IMG/VR virus record: IMGVR_UViG_3300043788_000169
Span: 32,001-96,000 of that record
Length of the DNA: 64,000 bases
Origin: a virus
Strand: one strand, 5' to 3'
Shown here: piece by piece, positions 36,901 through 46,209 of the stretch
Numbering within the stretch: position 1 is the first letter of the stretch
How the letters are laid out: each line of letters begins with the position of its first letter
Program-made: the position numbers and the translations under genes
Notes under the pieces: model-generated
Databases searched by the model: none
What the model was told of the DNA's origin: nothing
The model's input: only the letters and a program-made list of their open reading frames with translations

Positions 36901-38293
36901 GAAGTACCGCGAGGCGATGCTGCTGGGCGCGCAGCTCTCCTCGGGGATGGACCCGGAGTTCGCTCTCGGCGGCAAGCGCTTCGGTGCCTGGTCCCAGCTC
37001 CTGGACAAGGACATCACCGAACGCCGGGCCAAGGACCCGTACTACATGGCCCGCCACCTGCTGCCCGCCTTCGAGCGCGGGGTCTCCCACTACGGCTGGG
37101 GCCGGGTGCCGCAGGATGCGGCCATGGCGGCCGCCATGGCCGAGAAGGTTGGCAGTTTCTACACCAAGGACGGCGCGGGCGCGGTCAACTTGGCGTGGGG
37201 CGATGTGCTGCATGACCTGGGCATCAAGACCCAGACGAGCCCCGGCGCCTCGGGCTCCGGCTCCCAGAAGCCGGGCGGTGAGAGTGGCCTGACGCTGTGG
37301 AACCAGTACGTCCCCAAGCTCAAGGCCGCTGTGCTGGCGGAGCGCAAGGCGTACGACACCCTGTACGGTGCCGGGCCGGGCACGCACTGGGCCGAGAAGT
37401 CTGTCGACGGGGTCAAGCGCGGCAGCGCTGACTGGTCTCGCTGGTATGCGATGGACCTGATCCTGCAGGACGAGAAGGGCAAGGTTCTGTCCGACTCCGC
37501 CTCCAGCGACTACTCCAAGATCGAGGCCCAGCTCGCCAACCCGACCGCCATCTCCACAGCGTGGTGGGCCGACATGCTGACCGGGACCAACGACCTCGCG
37601 CAGTGGGAGTACGGGGACAAGATCCCGCCGCGCTCTGCCTGGGCCGCGGAGCGCGCCGGGCACTGGCCGGGCGGCTTCAGCAAGACCCACCCGGCAGGGC
37701 GTCTGCCCAAGGGCTTCGTCCCCGGCCAGATCCAGCCGTCCATTGCCATGTTCCAGAAGCACCAGCGCACCCCGTGGGAGAGGGAGCACGACGCGCTGCT
37801 GGACGTGAGCAAGATCACCGCCGAGACCGAGGCTGTATGGAAAGAGCTGTACGGCCCGGGTGGCTCGCTCGTCACCCACACGGTTACCGGGCCTCCTACG
37901 CCGGGCCCCGGAACGCCCCCGCCGGCCGCCTACTCCGCTGCCCCGAACTACACCGCGGCGATCCTGGCGTACGCAGGCCAGGGCGGCCCGGCCATCCCGC
38001 AGTACGCGGCCGGCGGCTCGGTCGGTGGTCTTGCTTCGATGTTCTCTGGCTTCCAGGCAGGCGGCAGTGTGCCGGACTTCTCCGACTTCACTCCGGCGTT
38101 CCAGCAGCCCGGCATGCAGCAGGCCCCGCGCGCCCTGAGTGAGGCAGCGCAGGCGAGCGGCGCCGGCCAGAGCATCGGGATGCAGGTCAACGGCGGGATC
38201 AACGTGCATAACCCGCTGCCCGAGCGGGCTAGTGACTCGATAGCCCACCAGGTCAACCGCCTGTCGTTCCTGCACGGAAGGGGCGTGGCCTAG
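30923..38293 (+). CDS. tape measure protein with lytic transglycosylase domain
   Basis: 2456 aa; Ala/Gln helical repeats; W/F periodic region; ESGGN...GLMQVI...NIYAGLNYA SLT motif. Confidence 0.92.
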   Translation: MADDYDVIYRALADFSQLTTAAAKAREDLKSMQEAAREESAEETRGAAESAAAHDRDTAAIKRQRDALVELAATSKAANKETTFGGRDSMQAHLSDLDAERQKEDLLNRTRWGGMSNPQSWEAWQQQVWQHQIIRNKEARQGYATPDQYLSYLDQERSRIQAQTDAMKSRSGAIASEAQALQAHNDALRGAHESAGTLGTTGTQNIQGWTSALAGVPTDLTTRVRFDDAEAMREGERYRASLAGAPGQIITTARLDLGTYLSDIARLKRMAALAGQPEGPLPSLSSYTLSGPATAAGPGMLTPEAMRRIQAGIEGYQAPRNQFTPLEQYELRKAVSTYQPAGTYLPGYTPSAPPGFPAEVPYEPVSGPQDVFTGHPDLSGRFPADVTQRPGASSFPPLARVRPPSPFWQGSARPMTPEGAPILSTEPYSPFGPSVGIRGKQTALEDVASIKSALKDLSQQIANPKVEVDAGRTVDQLATVNFAMRRLQQDYKGTGLQPSGYSDLQRQFKDVQSQAERAFDSISAKGSSSANSVGARWSALKGAVGDAFRSMEAGADDAAQHAGGAFATLGDRLQGALRGLAGGGGVGNVFKSLALAAAAAGSSIVGSIAPMIATFTVVIQLLPALVAGFGALATVFAAMPETIAAIATAMATLKEAIDPVVAALQAYSAVLEASESAAANPLQTAMQMAQMQNQLANAYYEVGQAAYEAMETQLQDAHAVSDAQYSLSQAVVQSANAQVVAAHAVYDAQFQVSQANFEQSIQQVESAMSVADAQHSLADAVFATQQAQYQLDIAWQTASEDLANLMIQVDYASVNLRGAQLALEQAQQNYATTMANSNATALDRAQAAYQIQQAEEALAEQEQQNKDTETQLADVRKYGASQVFGVTQAQHALTDAEFQQQQAAKELVVTEREAANAQIEAAHEVIDAVFELQQAYFNQKETAITGAHQVSDAQFELSQAQMQQGEGFVTSAHDQSQAAFELQQAIDQMALGLPSIASAEEQLATDMYKLGPAAKTAVLDLEPLAKWFVTNKSIGQAFFSQMLPSLSHIGSILRPLQGYLVSMALVLGSAANSALTWFEKLTSSPAWKILTSGAISVIRSLADAVGHVADGFTKLAIVATPFTEWLMRGIDHLADRFDKWATNADKAGSNFRRWLRDVKPALDDIGGVVKAIVDGFSIMAGGPMGSSGSLTALHEFENLMKELSTTILPAFFSMIHALSSPQMVAAITQLFGAMTKLLLIIVNTPGFQLGFQLAIRGFTLLLDAISKVMEVKGVGDVLGVIAGGIIALGAAFTVLKYTGILALINNLKRVKSAAQTAYEWLKKVTGFGGGTGESGAGESTPSPTTGTAGQAFWDKIVDAAQTFKRIITGGAAEASDDLEAGGAKAGDSIEAGAATAKADEEVGGASGSGEGVAGGGLAAILGKLGLSSGIITPLGAGLIAGAIIRAIGDRLAPAGSTAGKYSSAIQSSGFGGPGATGPAGFIGWAAANKEFSAYSNDVYNWFTQTLPNADKIAGNAIATGWDWVNTQWVNLIQNPIDNFFNSTLPNFFTNSVPSAAASGWNAVWEFFSRDVFGPLANFFTTTVPGWFSLTGVHWGALWSTSWDYFTGHVIGPADNFFTKAIPGYFDDVKNWFEQKVGSPIGHWFSTTLPSGIEGAFKNSINWVISNVINKAIGFINDVTGVVGIPKIKPVQRLAAGGHVGSVPGTGDEDSEHAILTPGEYVISKPARMAIDAQMGPGFLYGLNSMKGYASGGSVGDNGSNPVSNMLGIAGNFLSGLGSAGGVIENLIGGGLRKVEGLFGKGAKAVFDGVWDHAIEPLVSKFLDGDSAVDRLGEAAMANIKKGIDKYLSTLGQTGPTTGISKPVTAFTGTILQVLKMLKQPAGDLNTVLAQMTTESGGNEDAVNRTDINWIEGHPSVGLMQVIGPTFDTYAGPYRDVGPFLYGVSTNPLANIYAGLNYATHRYGEGWTSVLGHGHGYYTGGDVISAVKQATANQKYREAMLLGAQLSSGMDPEFALGGKRFGAWSQLLDKDITERRAKDPYYMARHLLPAFERGVSHYGWGRVPQDAAMAAAMAEKVGSFYTKDGAGAVNLAWGDVLHDLGIKTQTSPGASGSGSQKPGGESGLTLWNQYVPKLKAAVLAERKAYDTLYGAGPGTHWAEKSVDGVKRGSADWSRWYAMDLILQDEKGKVLSDSASSDYSKIEAQLANPTAISTAWWADMLTGTNDLAQWEYGDKIPPRSAWAAERAGHWPGGFSKTHPAGRLPKGFVPGQIQPSIAMFQKHQRTPWEREHDALLDVSKITAETEAVWKELYGPGGSLVTHTVTGPPTPGPGTPPPAAYSAAPNYTAAILAYAGQGGPAIPQYAAGGSVGGLASMFSGFQAGGSVPDFSDFTPAFQQPGMQQAPRALSEAAQASGAGQSIGMQVNGGINVHNPLPERASDSIAHQVNRLSFLHGRGVA

Positions 38294-39183
38294 TGGCGCT
38301 CACCGGCAACACGAACTTCCCGGCAGATGAATACTGGAGCTTCATGCCGTCCTATGGCCAGTATGCCGGGGTCGACGTCAGCCTCCAGATGCAGCACTGG
38401 AACATCGCGGTGTTCGGTGGCAGCCGGTTCAGCCTGCCGACGCTGCGCGGCCAGGACATCGAGCAGCCGTACCGCTCCGGTCTGCAGTGGCGGCCCAAGT
38501 TCCCGAACAGCCGAACGCTCACGCTGGGGATGTGGACCGCAGGCATTAACCAGACCACAGGCGTGCCCGACACAGCTGACCAGCGCCTGGCGTTCAACAA
38601 CAACCTCCAGCAGCTGCGCGCGATGTTCTTCCAGCGCGGGCCGGCCGGGAGCGTTCAGGGCCAGCTGACCCGGCGGTGGTGGCTGACCCAGGGTGGCCTG
38701 AACCAGATCGTCACCGCTTACGCCATGGCCGAGGTTGCCGGCACCATGGAGCCCACCAACATGGGCCGCACGAGCGCGAGCTTCAGCGTCGACCTGCTGC
38801 TGGCCGACCCGTATTTCTACGGAGCTGCCCGGGAGGTCGCTGTCACCACCAGCGGTGCCTCGATCTTCGGCTATGGCGAGGGCGTGGTCGGTGAGGGCTA
38901 CCCGAGCGATGTGAGCGCCTTCACGATTCAGCTCACTGCGGGCCCGGTCACGGTCACCAACAGCACGGCCGGGGTCTCGGTCACCTACGGGGCAGCTATC
39001 GCCAACTCCCCGGTCACCCTCGACATCCTCAACAACACCGCCACAGACGATGCGGGCAACAACGTGATCGCCAACGTCACACACGCCGGGGCCCGTCCCT
39101 GGATGACGCTCGTGCCCGGATCGAACGTCATCGCCGTGTCCGATGGGACCGCCACCTTCACCTTCTCCGACGCCTACGTATAG
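38293..39183 (+). CDS. distal tail (Dit-like) protein
   Basis: Immediately after tape measure; LLADPYFY and LVPGSNVI motifs. Confidence 0.75.
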   Translation: MALTGNTNFPADEYWSFMPSYGQYAGVDVSLQMQHWNIAVFGGSRFSLPTLRGQDIEQPYRSGLQWRPKFPNSRTLTLGMWTAGINQTTGVPDTADQRLAFNNNLQQLRAMFFQRGPAGSVQGQLTRRWWLTQGGLNQIVTAYAMAEVAGTMEPTNMGRTSASFSVDLLLADPYFYGAAREVAVTTSGASIFGYGEGVVGEGYPSDVSAFTIQLTAGPVTVTNSTAGVSVTYGAAIANSPVTLDILNNTATDDAGNNVIANVTHAGARPWMTLVPGSNVIAVSDGTATFTFSDAYV

Positions 39184-39216
39184 AGGTACTCAGATGCCCA
39201 AGAACGTGGCCAGCTG

Positions 39217-40125
39217 ATGGCCAGTCGCTACTACTCCTCGGTCGCTGTCCCGGGCAACCTGGGAGCCTCGATCTCCAACAGCGCGACCAGCTTCTACATG
39301 TCCACTACCCCTGACGGCTATCCAGGGCAGTTCCCGTTCACGATGTGCCTGGACGGCGGGGAGCCGAACATGGAGCTGGTCTCGGTCACGGGCGGCTCCG
39401 GCACGGCGGGCACCCCGTGGACCTGCACCCGCGGGTTCGACGGCACCACCGCCTCGGCCCACACCGGGGGCGCCGGGGTTTCTCACGACTTCAGCGCCTA
39501 CGACCTGACCACCAGCCGCAGCCACGAGGCGAGCGGTTCCGGCTCGGGCGTGCACGGCCTGCCGGCCAGTGCCTGGTCGACTGCGGCGAATGCCGTGATC
39601 AACGAGACGGTGCTGAACAACTCGACCACCGCGGTGCAGACCTGGAGTGGCATCCCCGGCACCTACAACCACCTGATGATCCTCGTGCTCGGCCGGCTGA
39701 CGGAGACCTCCGAGCAGACCGACTACATCACCCTGCAGATAAACGGGGACACCGGGGCGAACTACTCCACCTGCCAGATTGAGACCAACAATGTCGGCGG
39801 CACGCTCAACAGCCCGAACTCGGTGGCCTCCTACGGACAGACGTCGTTCCCGATCGGCCGGCTGACCGCGAGTGGCGGCGGCGGGGCCGCCAACGCGGGC
39901 GCCCTGGTCGCTTACATCCCCTGGTATGCAGGCACCACCTTCAACAAGGTGGTGCAGTCTCAGAGCGGTGGCGGCAACGGCACCAGCGCGCTTGTGGACT
40001 GCCGGATGTTCTGGGGCTTCTACAACCCCACGGTCCAGGCTGCTATCACGTCTCTGTCCATCTCCGCGCCGAGCGGGAGCGATTTCAAGACGGGCACCAG
40101 CTTCGCCCTGCTGGGGGTGAGCTAG
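39217..40125 (+). CDS. minor tail protein
   Basis: TRGFDGTTASAH motif; SGIPGTYNHLMI...INGDTGANY C-terminal domain. Confidence 0.7.
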   Translation: MASRYYSSVAVPGNLGASISNSATSFYMSTTPDGYPGQFPFTMCLDGGEPNMELVSVTGGSGTAGTPWTCTRGFDGTTASAHTGGAGVSHDFSAYDLTTSRSHEASGSGSGVHGLPASAWSTAANAVINETVLNNSTTAVQTWSGIPGTYNHLMILVLGRLTETSEQTDYITLQINGDTGANYSTCQIETNNVGGTLNSPNSVASYGQTSFPIGRLTASGGGGAANAGALVAYIPWYAGTTFNKVVQSQSGGGNGTSALVDCRMFWGFYNPTVQAAITSLSISAPSGSDFKTGTSFALLGVS

Positions 40126-40127
40126 CG

Positions 40128-40364
40128 GTGCATGTCGAGCACATTGTGGACTGCGGCGCGCAGCGCACCAACCACAGTGCGGTAGATGAAGATCTCTCGC
40201 CACAGCGCATGGCGGAGTTCTCCGTCCCCGGGGAGCTGACGTTCGCTCACATCGAGGATCGCAACCGCCGCCAGCGCGCGGCGCTGGACCGGTTGCAGAT
40301 GGCCGCGGTTACCGACGAGCATCTCCGCGACATCCTCATCGTGCTGGGGGTGGAGGACCAGTGA
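40128..40364 (+). CDS. small hypothetical protein (tail accessory?)
   Basis: 78-aa ORF in the tail operon. Confidence 0.5.
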   Translation: MHVEHIVDCGAQRTNHSAVDEDLSPQRMAEFSVPGELTFAHIEDRNRRQRAALDRLQMAAVTDEHLRDILIVLGVEDQ

Positions 40365-40540
40365 GCGAGCCCAACGTGATCACCGCTGAGACGGAGGAGA
40401 TCACCCTGACGGAGGGAGTGGAGATCGTCCAGCTGGTCCGTCCCGGCCGCCCGTACCCGGCCGACCCGTTCCCCGGCCCCGCCCGCCGGGTCATGGCTGC
40501 CGCGCCGGACCGGGGCCAGGGCTCACGCCCGCGGCGGTAG
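40361..40540 (+). CDS. 59-aa hypothetical protein (absent from the ORF track)
   Basis: GGAGG RBS, GTGA overlap, MSEPNVITAE. Confidence 0.5.
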   Translation: MSEPNVITAETEEITLTEGVEIVQLVRPGRPYPADPFPGPARRVMAAAPDRGQGSRPRR

Positions 40541-40543
40541 CTC

Positions 40544-43500
40544 ATGGCCACAGGAATCGGAACCACCACCCCGAGCATCCCGGAGCTGATCCCGGCCCCG
40601 GTCCAGACCTCCCAGCCAGGCCCCGGCGAGCCCGGTGGCCCTGGCGGCCCTGGCGGGTCAGCAGCACCTGGGCTGGGCTCCGGCTACGAGATAGCTATCC
40701 GTGCCGCCCCGGACTACAACACGCTCATGGCGGTGCTGCCGAGGTACGAGTCGCTTCAGTTCACCAAGATGCTGAACGACAAGGGCTCCGGCTCTGCGGT
40801 GTCCAACCTGGACGACGAGTGGTTCGAGACGGCCACGCTCGCGCTGCCTGCCCCGACCGCCCCGGTGGTCATAGCTCAGGGCAGCTCTGATGCGACAGCT
40901 AACGTGTTCACCGCCGACGTCGAGACCGCTGCGGTGCAGGGCAGCGCGGTCACGGTCGTGTCCAGTGCGAGCGGGTCGAATACCCCCATCACCTGCGTGG
41001 ATACCGAAGGCAACATCTACCTCAACACCCTCGCCGCGCTGCTGTCCTCCAACCCGTACTTTGAGCAGAACGGCGCCGGGTCGGTAGCCGACTGGGCTGG
41101 ATTCAACTGCACAATTGTCCCTCAGGCGCTGAGCGGGCTGCCGGTGCCGTACGGCGTTCTGCTGACGGTAACCACGGCGGGGTGTGCGTGCGAGGGCAGC
41201 CCGTCCAAGTTCACGATCACACCAGGTGCCTCCTACCTCGTCACTGCGCTGGTCTGGCTGCCGGAAGCGGGCACCGTCGTCCTCGGGGCCGACTGGGATT
41301 CCAGCGGCGGGTCCTACGTCTCGACCAGCACCAGCAGCATCTCCGTGGAGGCGGAGACCTGGACGGCGATCGGGACGGTGATCACGGCCCCGGGCAGTGG
41401 TGTGGGCAAGGCATACCCCCGGTGCGGGTACAGCACCGGGACGGGCGCTGGCACCACCATGCAGCTCACCGCCCTGGCGATGCAGCCCGCGGCCAGCATG
41501 CAGGTCTTCCAGGCCCTGAACATCACCGCGCTGACCCTGAATGATGCGATCAGCGTCACCTACGCGGCCGACGACGCTCAGCAGACCAACCTCATCGCGG
41601 TAAACATGACCGGGATCCAGCCGCAGACCGCGGTCGACGTCGCCGTGGCCGCCTCCGGCACCTCCGCGCACGCCACCGCCTCCGGTACCCCGTCCGAGCT
41701 TGGCGAGCTGGGCCTGTTCTTTGTCAACAATGCCGCGGCTGGTGGCGCTCCCTCGGTGCCTGCGAACTGGAGTGAGCTGACCCAGCTGGCCGGAACCGGG
41801 CGGGGCGAGGCCCAGCGGATGCTGATCGGGCTGTACTCCTACCCGCCGAGCGCCTTCTGGACAGCAGCAATCGATGCAGCGCCGACGACGGGCATCATCA
41901 TCGCCAACGTCGACAGCGGCCCGGGCGCCGGCCAGGAGTCCAACTTCCTGGCGGTCTACCAGGAGGCAGCAGCCGCGGGCATCACCCTGGTCGGCTACGT
42001 GTCCACGAACTATGGCGCGGTGAGCCAGACCAGCCTGCAGAACCAGATTCAGCAGTGGAATGATTACTACGGAATCACTAGCATATTCTTTGATACAGTT
42101 AACCCCGCTGCGGATTACGTCGACTACTACCAGGAAGCGGTGCAGTATGTGCACGCTCAGCCCGGTGGTGGTGATGCGATAGTCGTCCTCAATCCGGGGT
42201 CTCCGCCGACGCAGGCGCTGTTCGGGATCCTGGGCGAGAACGACATCATCCAGGTCTGTGAAGATACATATGCGAATTTCGCAGGCGACGGCGCGACCGC
42301 TCCCGCGTACCTGCTTGATGAGAACTCCGCGAATATAGCGATCACCTGTTACGACTGCCCGAACAGCACGGACATGAATACCGTGCTCGGGATCGCGGCG
42401 AGCGATTTCAACGCGGGCTGGGTGTGGGTGACAGATGGAACTTTGCCGAACCCGTACGCGAACGAGCCTGCCTACTTCACCACAGAAGTGTCAGCGCTCG
42501 CAGGCACCGGCACGACCGAGCAGTACACCACGGTCTACTACTCCGAGCTGACCAGTGACGCGGCGCAGTCTCCCTCGGCCACCATTACCAGTGCTGCCTG
42601 GCAGGCGCAGCTGCTTACCCTGGAGGGCACCGGCTCGGCACCGGCCTCCACGCTGTGGGATAACGAGCACCTGTGGCAGGTCATGCTCGACGGCATTGTC
42701 GTCTTCGAGTTCTTTGCCGAAACGATAACCGAGCAGCAGGTCGACCAGAGCGAGCAGCGTAACGTCACCACCACTGGCCCCGGAACGATAACCGCATTGT
42801 CGTGGGCTGCTGCGATGCCTCCCGGTTTCCCCAACATCATTTTCAAATGCGATGCAATCCAGGACGGCTTCGCAGAAATTGATGAGAATGGCAACCTGGA
42901 GGTCGACACCAGCCTGTGGAACATCATCAGCCCGACCGACATGGTCACGCTGAATCCGTCCGGCACGCTGCAGCTCACCGCCTCGCAAGATACAACCTAC
43001 TGCGGTGCCACTCCCTATGACCTGACCGAGTCGCTGATCTCTGCGCAGATAGCCCCGCTCGGCCAGGGAACCGAGAACAGCACCGACATCACCGTGGCGC
43101 TCGACGGCTCCCAGGTCACGCAGTTCTACATCCAGAGCAACGCCAACGCGGACGACTATATTTTGATGGGAGTTACCGCGGCGGGCATCTACTGCCAGCT
43201 TGGGGATACCGAGTCCGGCCCCCAGACCAAGGAACTAGGCGCCTACAACTCCCAGACCCAGCTGTACTGGCAGATGAGTGCCGACTACCTGGACGCCGAC
43301 TCCGGCGCGGTGCAGGTCACCTTCTGGACCTCCGCAGATGGGCAGACGTACACCCCGGTGTGGGTGGTGAACCCGAGCTGGGTGCCCGACAACGTCACAG
43401 TGTTCTTCGCTTGTTCTTACGATCAGAACAACAGCCAGGTGATGAGCATCACCAACGTGAACGGCAATGTCGTCACGCCGAGCAGCAGCGGCAACATCTA

Positions 43501-46201
43501 CTTCGGTGAGCCGATCATGGCTGTCTGGGACTCGATCTTCACCGCGGCGCAGGAGCGCGGCACCATCCCGTTCATCACCACCGCGCTGGACGGGGCGACG
43601 GACAGCTTCGGCAACCCCTGGACCGACAGCGAGAGCGTGCAGATCGAGAATGGGACCGACCTGTACTCGCTGCTGCAGTCCCACACCGCGATTGTCGACG
43701 CCGACTACATCATGCAGCCCGGCTTCGTGCTGCAGGTGGGCCTGCCGGTGGAGGGCTCGATCACCCTCGGGGTCGACCGCAGCGAGCAGGTGGTCTTCCG
43801 CGAGGGACAGTGGATCCAGCAGAAGCAGTACACCCGCGACCGCAGCCAGATCGCCAACCTCGATGGCGGGGTCAACAGCGACGGCACTACGATCAGCGCC
43901 TCGGACGAGGACTCCATCCTGGAGTGGGGGCAGCGCGAGGGGTGGGTTCAGACCGCGGTCCAGGTCAACCCGCAGTCCATGGAGATCGCTGTCCAGGCGA
44001 GCGTGCAGCAGACCGCGGATGAGGTGGAGAGCTATACCATCCAGGTCGACCCGGCCCAGCCCGGCTGCCGTGCGTGGAAGGACTACAACGTCGGGGACTG
44101 GATCGGCCTGGAAGCTCCCGGGCCAGAGCCGGGTGGCCCGGACTTCAGCGCGAACTCGGTCTCGGCCGTCCGCGTCACTGCGATTGCCATCTCGGTCGAC
44201 GCCACCGGCCTGGTTACCTGCCAGCTCACCCTCATGACCTACCTGCAGTGGCTCCAGGAGCAGCTGCAGTATCTGGTGAACAAGATGGGCGGGCAGTTCA
44301 TCAACTCGCTCGGCACCACCCCGGTCACCAGCTCGGCCAACGGTGTCCCTACTCAGCTGCCGACGATCTTCGCCCCCAACATCAACGGGCTCAACGGGGC
44401 GAATGTGCTTGGCACCACAGGCATCCCGAACGGTGCGCAGCTGGTCTATAACGCCATCACCGGCCAGTGGCAGGCCGCGTCCAGCCAGGACCCGGTAACC
44501 GGGTCCACGCTCAGCCCGACCGGCGCGAACCTGTCGACGCTGCAGTACAGCACGCCGCAGGCGAGCCAGGGCAACCTGATCGCCTCGATCAGCAACGCCG
44601 GCGGCACCGACCCGACCGGGAACGCCTACCTGCCTGGCGTGGTGAGCTACGGCTCGACCGAGAGCCAGACCATCCAGCTCTACATGGGTCAGGTCGCGAT
44701 CGGGCAGGCACCAGGAACCCAGATCGTGCTCAACCCCGATGCTGACCAGGTCTTCAACATCACCACCGCGATCGCCGGGACGCTGCAGGCCATCGCTGAG
44801 TTCACCACCAACGACACGAACGAGGTGCTGCCGGGAGTCGCGGGCTCGCTGGTGCTCAACCCGGGGGCCTCCCAGAAGATGGCCACCGCACTGACCAGCC
44901 CGCTGAACGCCAACTCCGCGGCGTGCGTGGTGCTGGAGACCGAGAACGATGCGGGCACCGACACCCCGGTGATCACCTTCGGTCAGGTCACCACCCCGGA
45001 CGACTCGACGTTCGTCTTCACCCCGATTGCCACGCTCACCCCGTGGGCGTTCCTGCTCTACGGTGGCTCGGGCGGCACGGTCGTGGAGACGATCGACGGC
45101 CCGTCTTCCGGCAACTGGCCGGTGCCCGCCACGGTCTCGGTGGTCAAGGCTGAGGTCTGGGGCATGGCCGCGGGAGCCGGCGGCTCGAATCACGGCTTCT
45201 GGACCGTCCAGGCGGGCGGTGGCTCGGGTGGTGGCGGGTACTCCTGTGAGCCGGCCCTGGCGGTCACGCCGGGCGGTAACTGCCCGTATGTGCTGCCAGC
45301 CGGCGGGGCCGGTGGCGTCGGGTCGACGGGCTCGCCCGGCGGGGCTGCTGATGCCACGTTCCAGGGCAGTGCGGCCACGGTCACTGCGCACGGCGGCCTG
45401 CCGGGAGCCGGTGCCGCCTCGCCCGGCAACGGCCAGGGTGGCGATGGGGCTGCGGCCTCGGGCAACACGATCAGCTATCCCGGCGGCCAGGGTGCAACCG
45501 GCGGATATAACGATGGTGGCGGTGGCGGTGGTGCCGCCGGCACGGGCGGCCCTGGTGGCGGGGGCGCGATCAATGGCGGTGGCTCGCCTGGCAGTGGTGG
45601 TGGCAAGGGCGGAAATGGTGGCGTGTCCGGAGGTCCCGGAAGCGGCAGTAACGGTTCCAGTCCGGGTGGCGGGGCTGGTGGCGGGGCGGGCACGTCGGCC
45701 AGCGGGACAGTGGATGGCGGCAGCGGCGGGGCTGCGCGGGCCCGGGTCACCTATACCACCGGGGCCCCGGACATCATGGCCAGCTTCGCGGCCGCCGCGG
45801 GCACCGACCAGTTCGGCAACACCTACCCCGAAGGCACGCTGCTGGCCGGGGCCGATGCCGGATGGACCTACGTCGGCACGGGCGGAGCCCCCGGGTTCGG
45901 CTCGGGCTGGAGCAACGCAGGCAGCGGGAACGCTGATCTGGCGTACCGGATGGTCGGCGCCCCGCACAACTGCGTGCTCATCCTCGGGTATGTGACCAAC
46001 GGGACGGCGGCCAATACGGCGTCGATCTTCACTCTGCCTACCGCTTACCGCCCGGCCAGCCAGCAGATCTTCCCATCCGTCGAGAACGGAGGGACCTACG
46101 GCAACTCGGTGGTTGTGGAGACCAGCGGTGCGGTGAAGATGTTCAACAGCGCTGGCACCGGGAACTACGCGGTCTTCGCTATGGTCAGCCTGGACATTTA
46201 G
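40544..46201 (+). CDS. modular Tal-like tail protein with CBM-like, spherulin-4/GH135, Gly-rich and C-terminal knob domains
   Basis: 1885 aa; DYNVGDWI Tal motif; NPYFE CBM start; LYSYP...NVDSGPG...GYVSTNY...IFFD...VLNPG...VTDGTLPNPY; IFTLPTAYRPA. Confidence 0.8.
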   Translation: MATGIGTTTPSIPELIPAPVQTSQPGPGEPGGPGGPGGSAAPGLGSGYEIAIRAAPDYNTLMAVLPRYESLQFTKMLNDKGSGSAVSNLDDEWFETATLALPAPTAPVVIAQGSSDATANVFTADVETAAVQGSAVTVVSSASGSNTPITCVDTEGNIYLNTLAALLSSNPYFEQNGAGSVADWAGFNCTIVPQALSGLPVPYGVLLTVTTAGCACEGSPSKFTITPGASYLVTALVWLPEAGTVVLGADWDSSGGSYVSTSTSSISVEAETWTAIGTVITAPGSGVGKAYPRCGYSTGTGAGTTMQLTALAMQPAASMQVFQALNITALTLNDAISVTYAADDAQQTNLIAVNMTGIQPQTAVDVAVAASGTSAHATASGTPSELGELGLFFVNNAAAGGAPSVPANWSELTQLAGTGRGEAQRMLIGLYSYPPSAFWTAAIDAAPTTGIIIANVDSGPGAGQESNFLAVYQEAAAAGITLVGYVSTNYGAVSQTSLQNQIQQWNDYYGITSIFFDTVNPAADYVDYYQEAVQYVHAQPGGGDAIVVLNPGSPPTQALFGILGENDIIQVCEDTYANFAGDGATAPAYLLDENSANIAITCYDCPNSTDMNTVLGIAASDFNAGWVWVTDGTLPNPYANEPAYFTTEVSALAGTGTTEQYTTVYYSELTSDAAQSPSATITSAAWQAQLLTLEGTGSAPASTLWDNEHLWQVMLDGIVVFEFFAETITEQQVDQSEQRNVTTTGPGTITALSWAAAMPPGFPNIIFKCDAIQDGFAEIDENGNLEVDTSLWNIISPTDMVTLNPSGTLQLTASQDTTYCGATPYDLTESLISAQIAPLGQGTENSTDITVALDGSQVTQFYIQSNANADDYILMGVTAAGIYCQLGDTESGPQTKELGAYNSQTQLYWQMSADYLDADSGAVQVTFWTSADGQTYTPVWVVNPSWVPDNVTVFFACSYDQNNSQVMSITNVNGNVVTPSSSGNIYFGEPIMAVWDSIFTAAQERGTIPFITTALDGATDSFGNPWTDSESVQIENGTDLYSLLQSHTAIVDADYIMQPGFVLQVGLPVEGSITLGVDRSEQVVFREGQWIQQKQYTRDRSQIANLDGGVNSDGTTISASDEDSILEWGQREGWVQTAVQVNPQSMEIAVQASVQQTADEVESYTIQVDPAQPGCRAWKDYNVGDWIGLEAPGPEPGGPDFSANSVSAVRVTAIAISVDATGLVTCQLTLMTYLQWLQEQLQYLVNKMGGQFINSLGTTPVTSSANGVPTQLPTIFAPNINGLNGANVLGTTGIPNGAQLVYNAITGQWQAASSQDPVTGSTLSPTGANLSTLQYSTPQASQGNLIASISNAGGTDPTGNAYLPGVVSYGSTESQTIQLYMGQVAIGQAPGTQIVLNPDADQVFNITTAIAGTLQAIAEFTTNDTNEVLPGVAGSLVLNPGASQKMATALTSPLNANSAACVVLETENDAGTDTPVITFGQVTTPDDSTFVFTPIATLTPWAFLLYGGSGGTVVETIDGPSSGNWPVPATVSVVKAEVWGMAAGAGGSNHGFWTVQAGGGSGGGGYSCEPALAVTPGGNCPYVLPAGGAGGVGSTGSPGGAADATFQGSAATVTAHGGLPGAGAASPGNGQGGDGAAASGNTISYPGGQGATGGYNDGGGGGGAAGTGGPGGGGAINGGGSPGSGGGKGGNGGVSGGPGSGSNGSSPGGGAGGGAGTSASGTVDGGSGGAARARVTYTTGAPDIMASFAAAAGTDQFGNTYPEGTLLAGADAGWTYVGTGGAPGFGSGWSNAGSGNADLAYRMVGAPHNCVLILGYVTNGTAANTASIFTLPTAYRPASQQIFPSVENGGTYGNSVVVETSGAVKMFNSAGTGNYAVFAMVSLDI

Positions 46202-46209
46202 GAGAGATC

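Noticed and set aside
45160-45740. Gly-rich tract as PE-PGRS or collagen gene
   Set aside because: No PE domain and no strict Gly-X-Y period; it is an internal Gly-rich segment common in phage tail proteins
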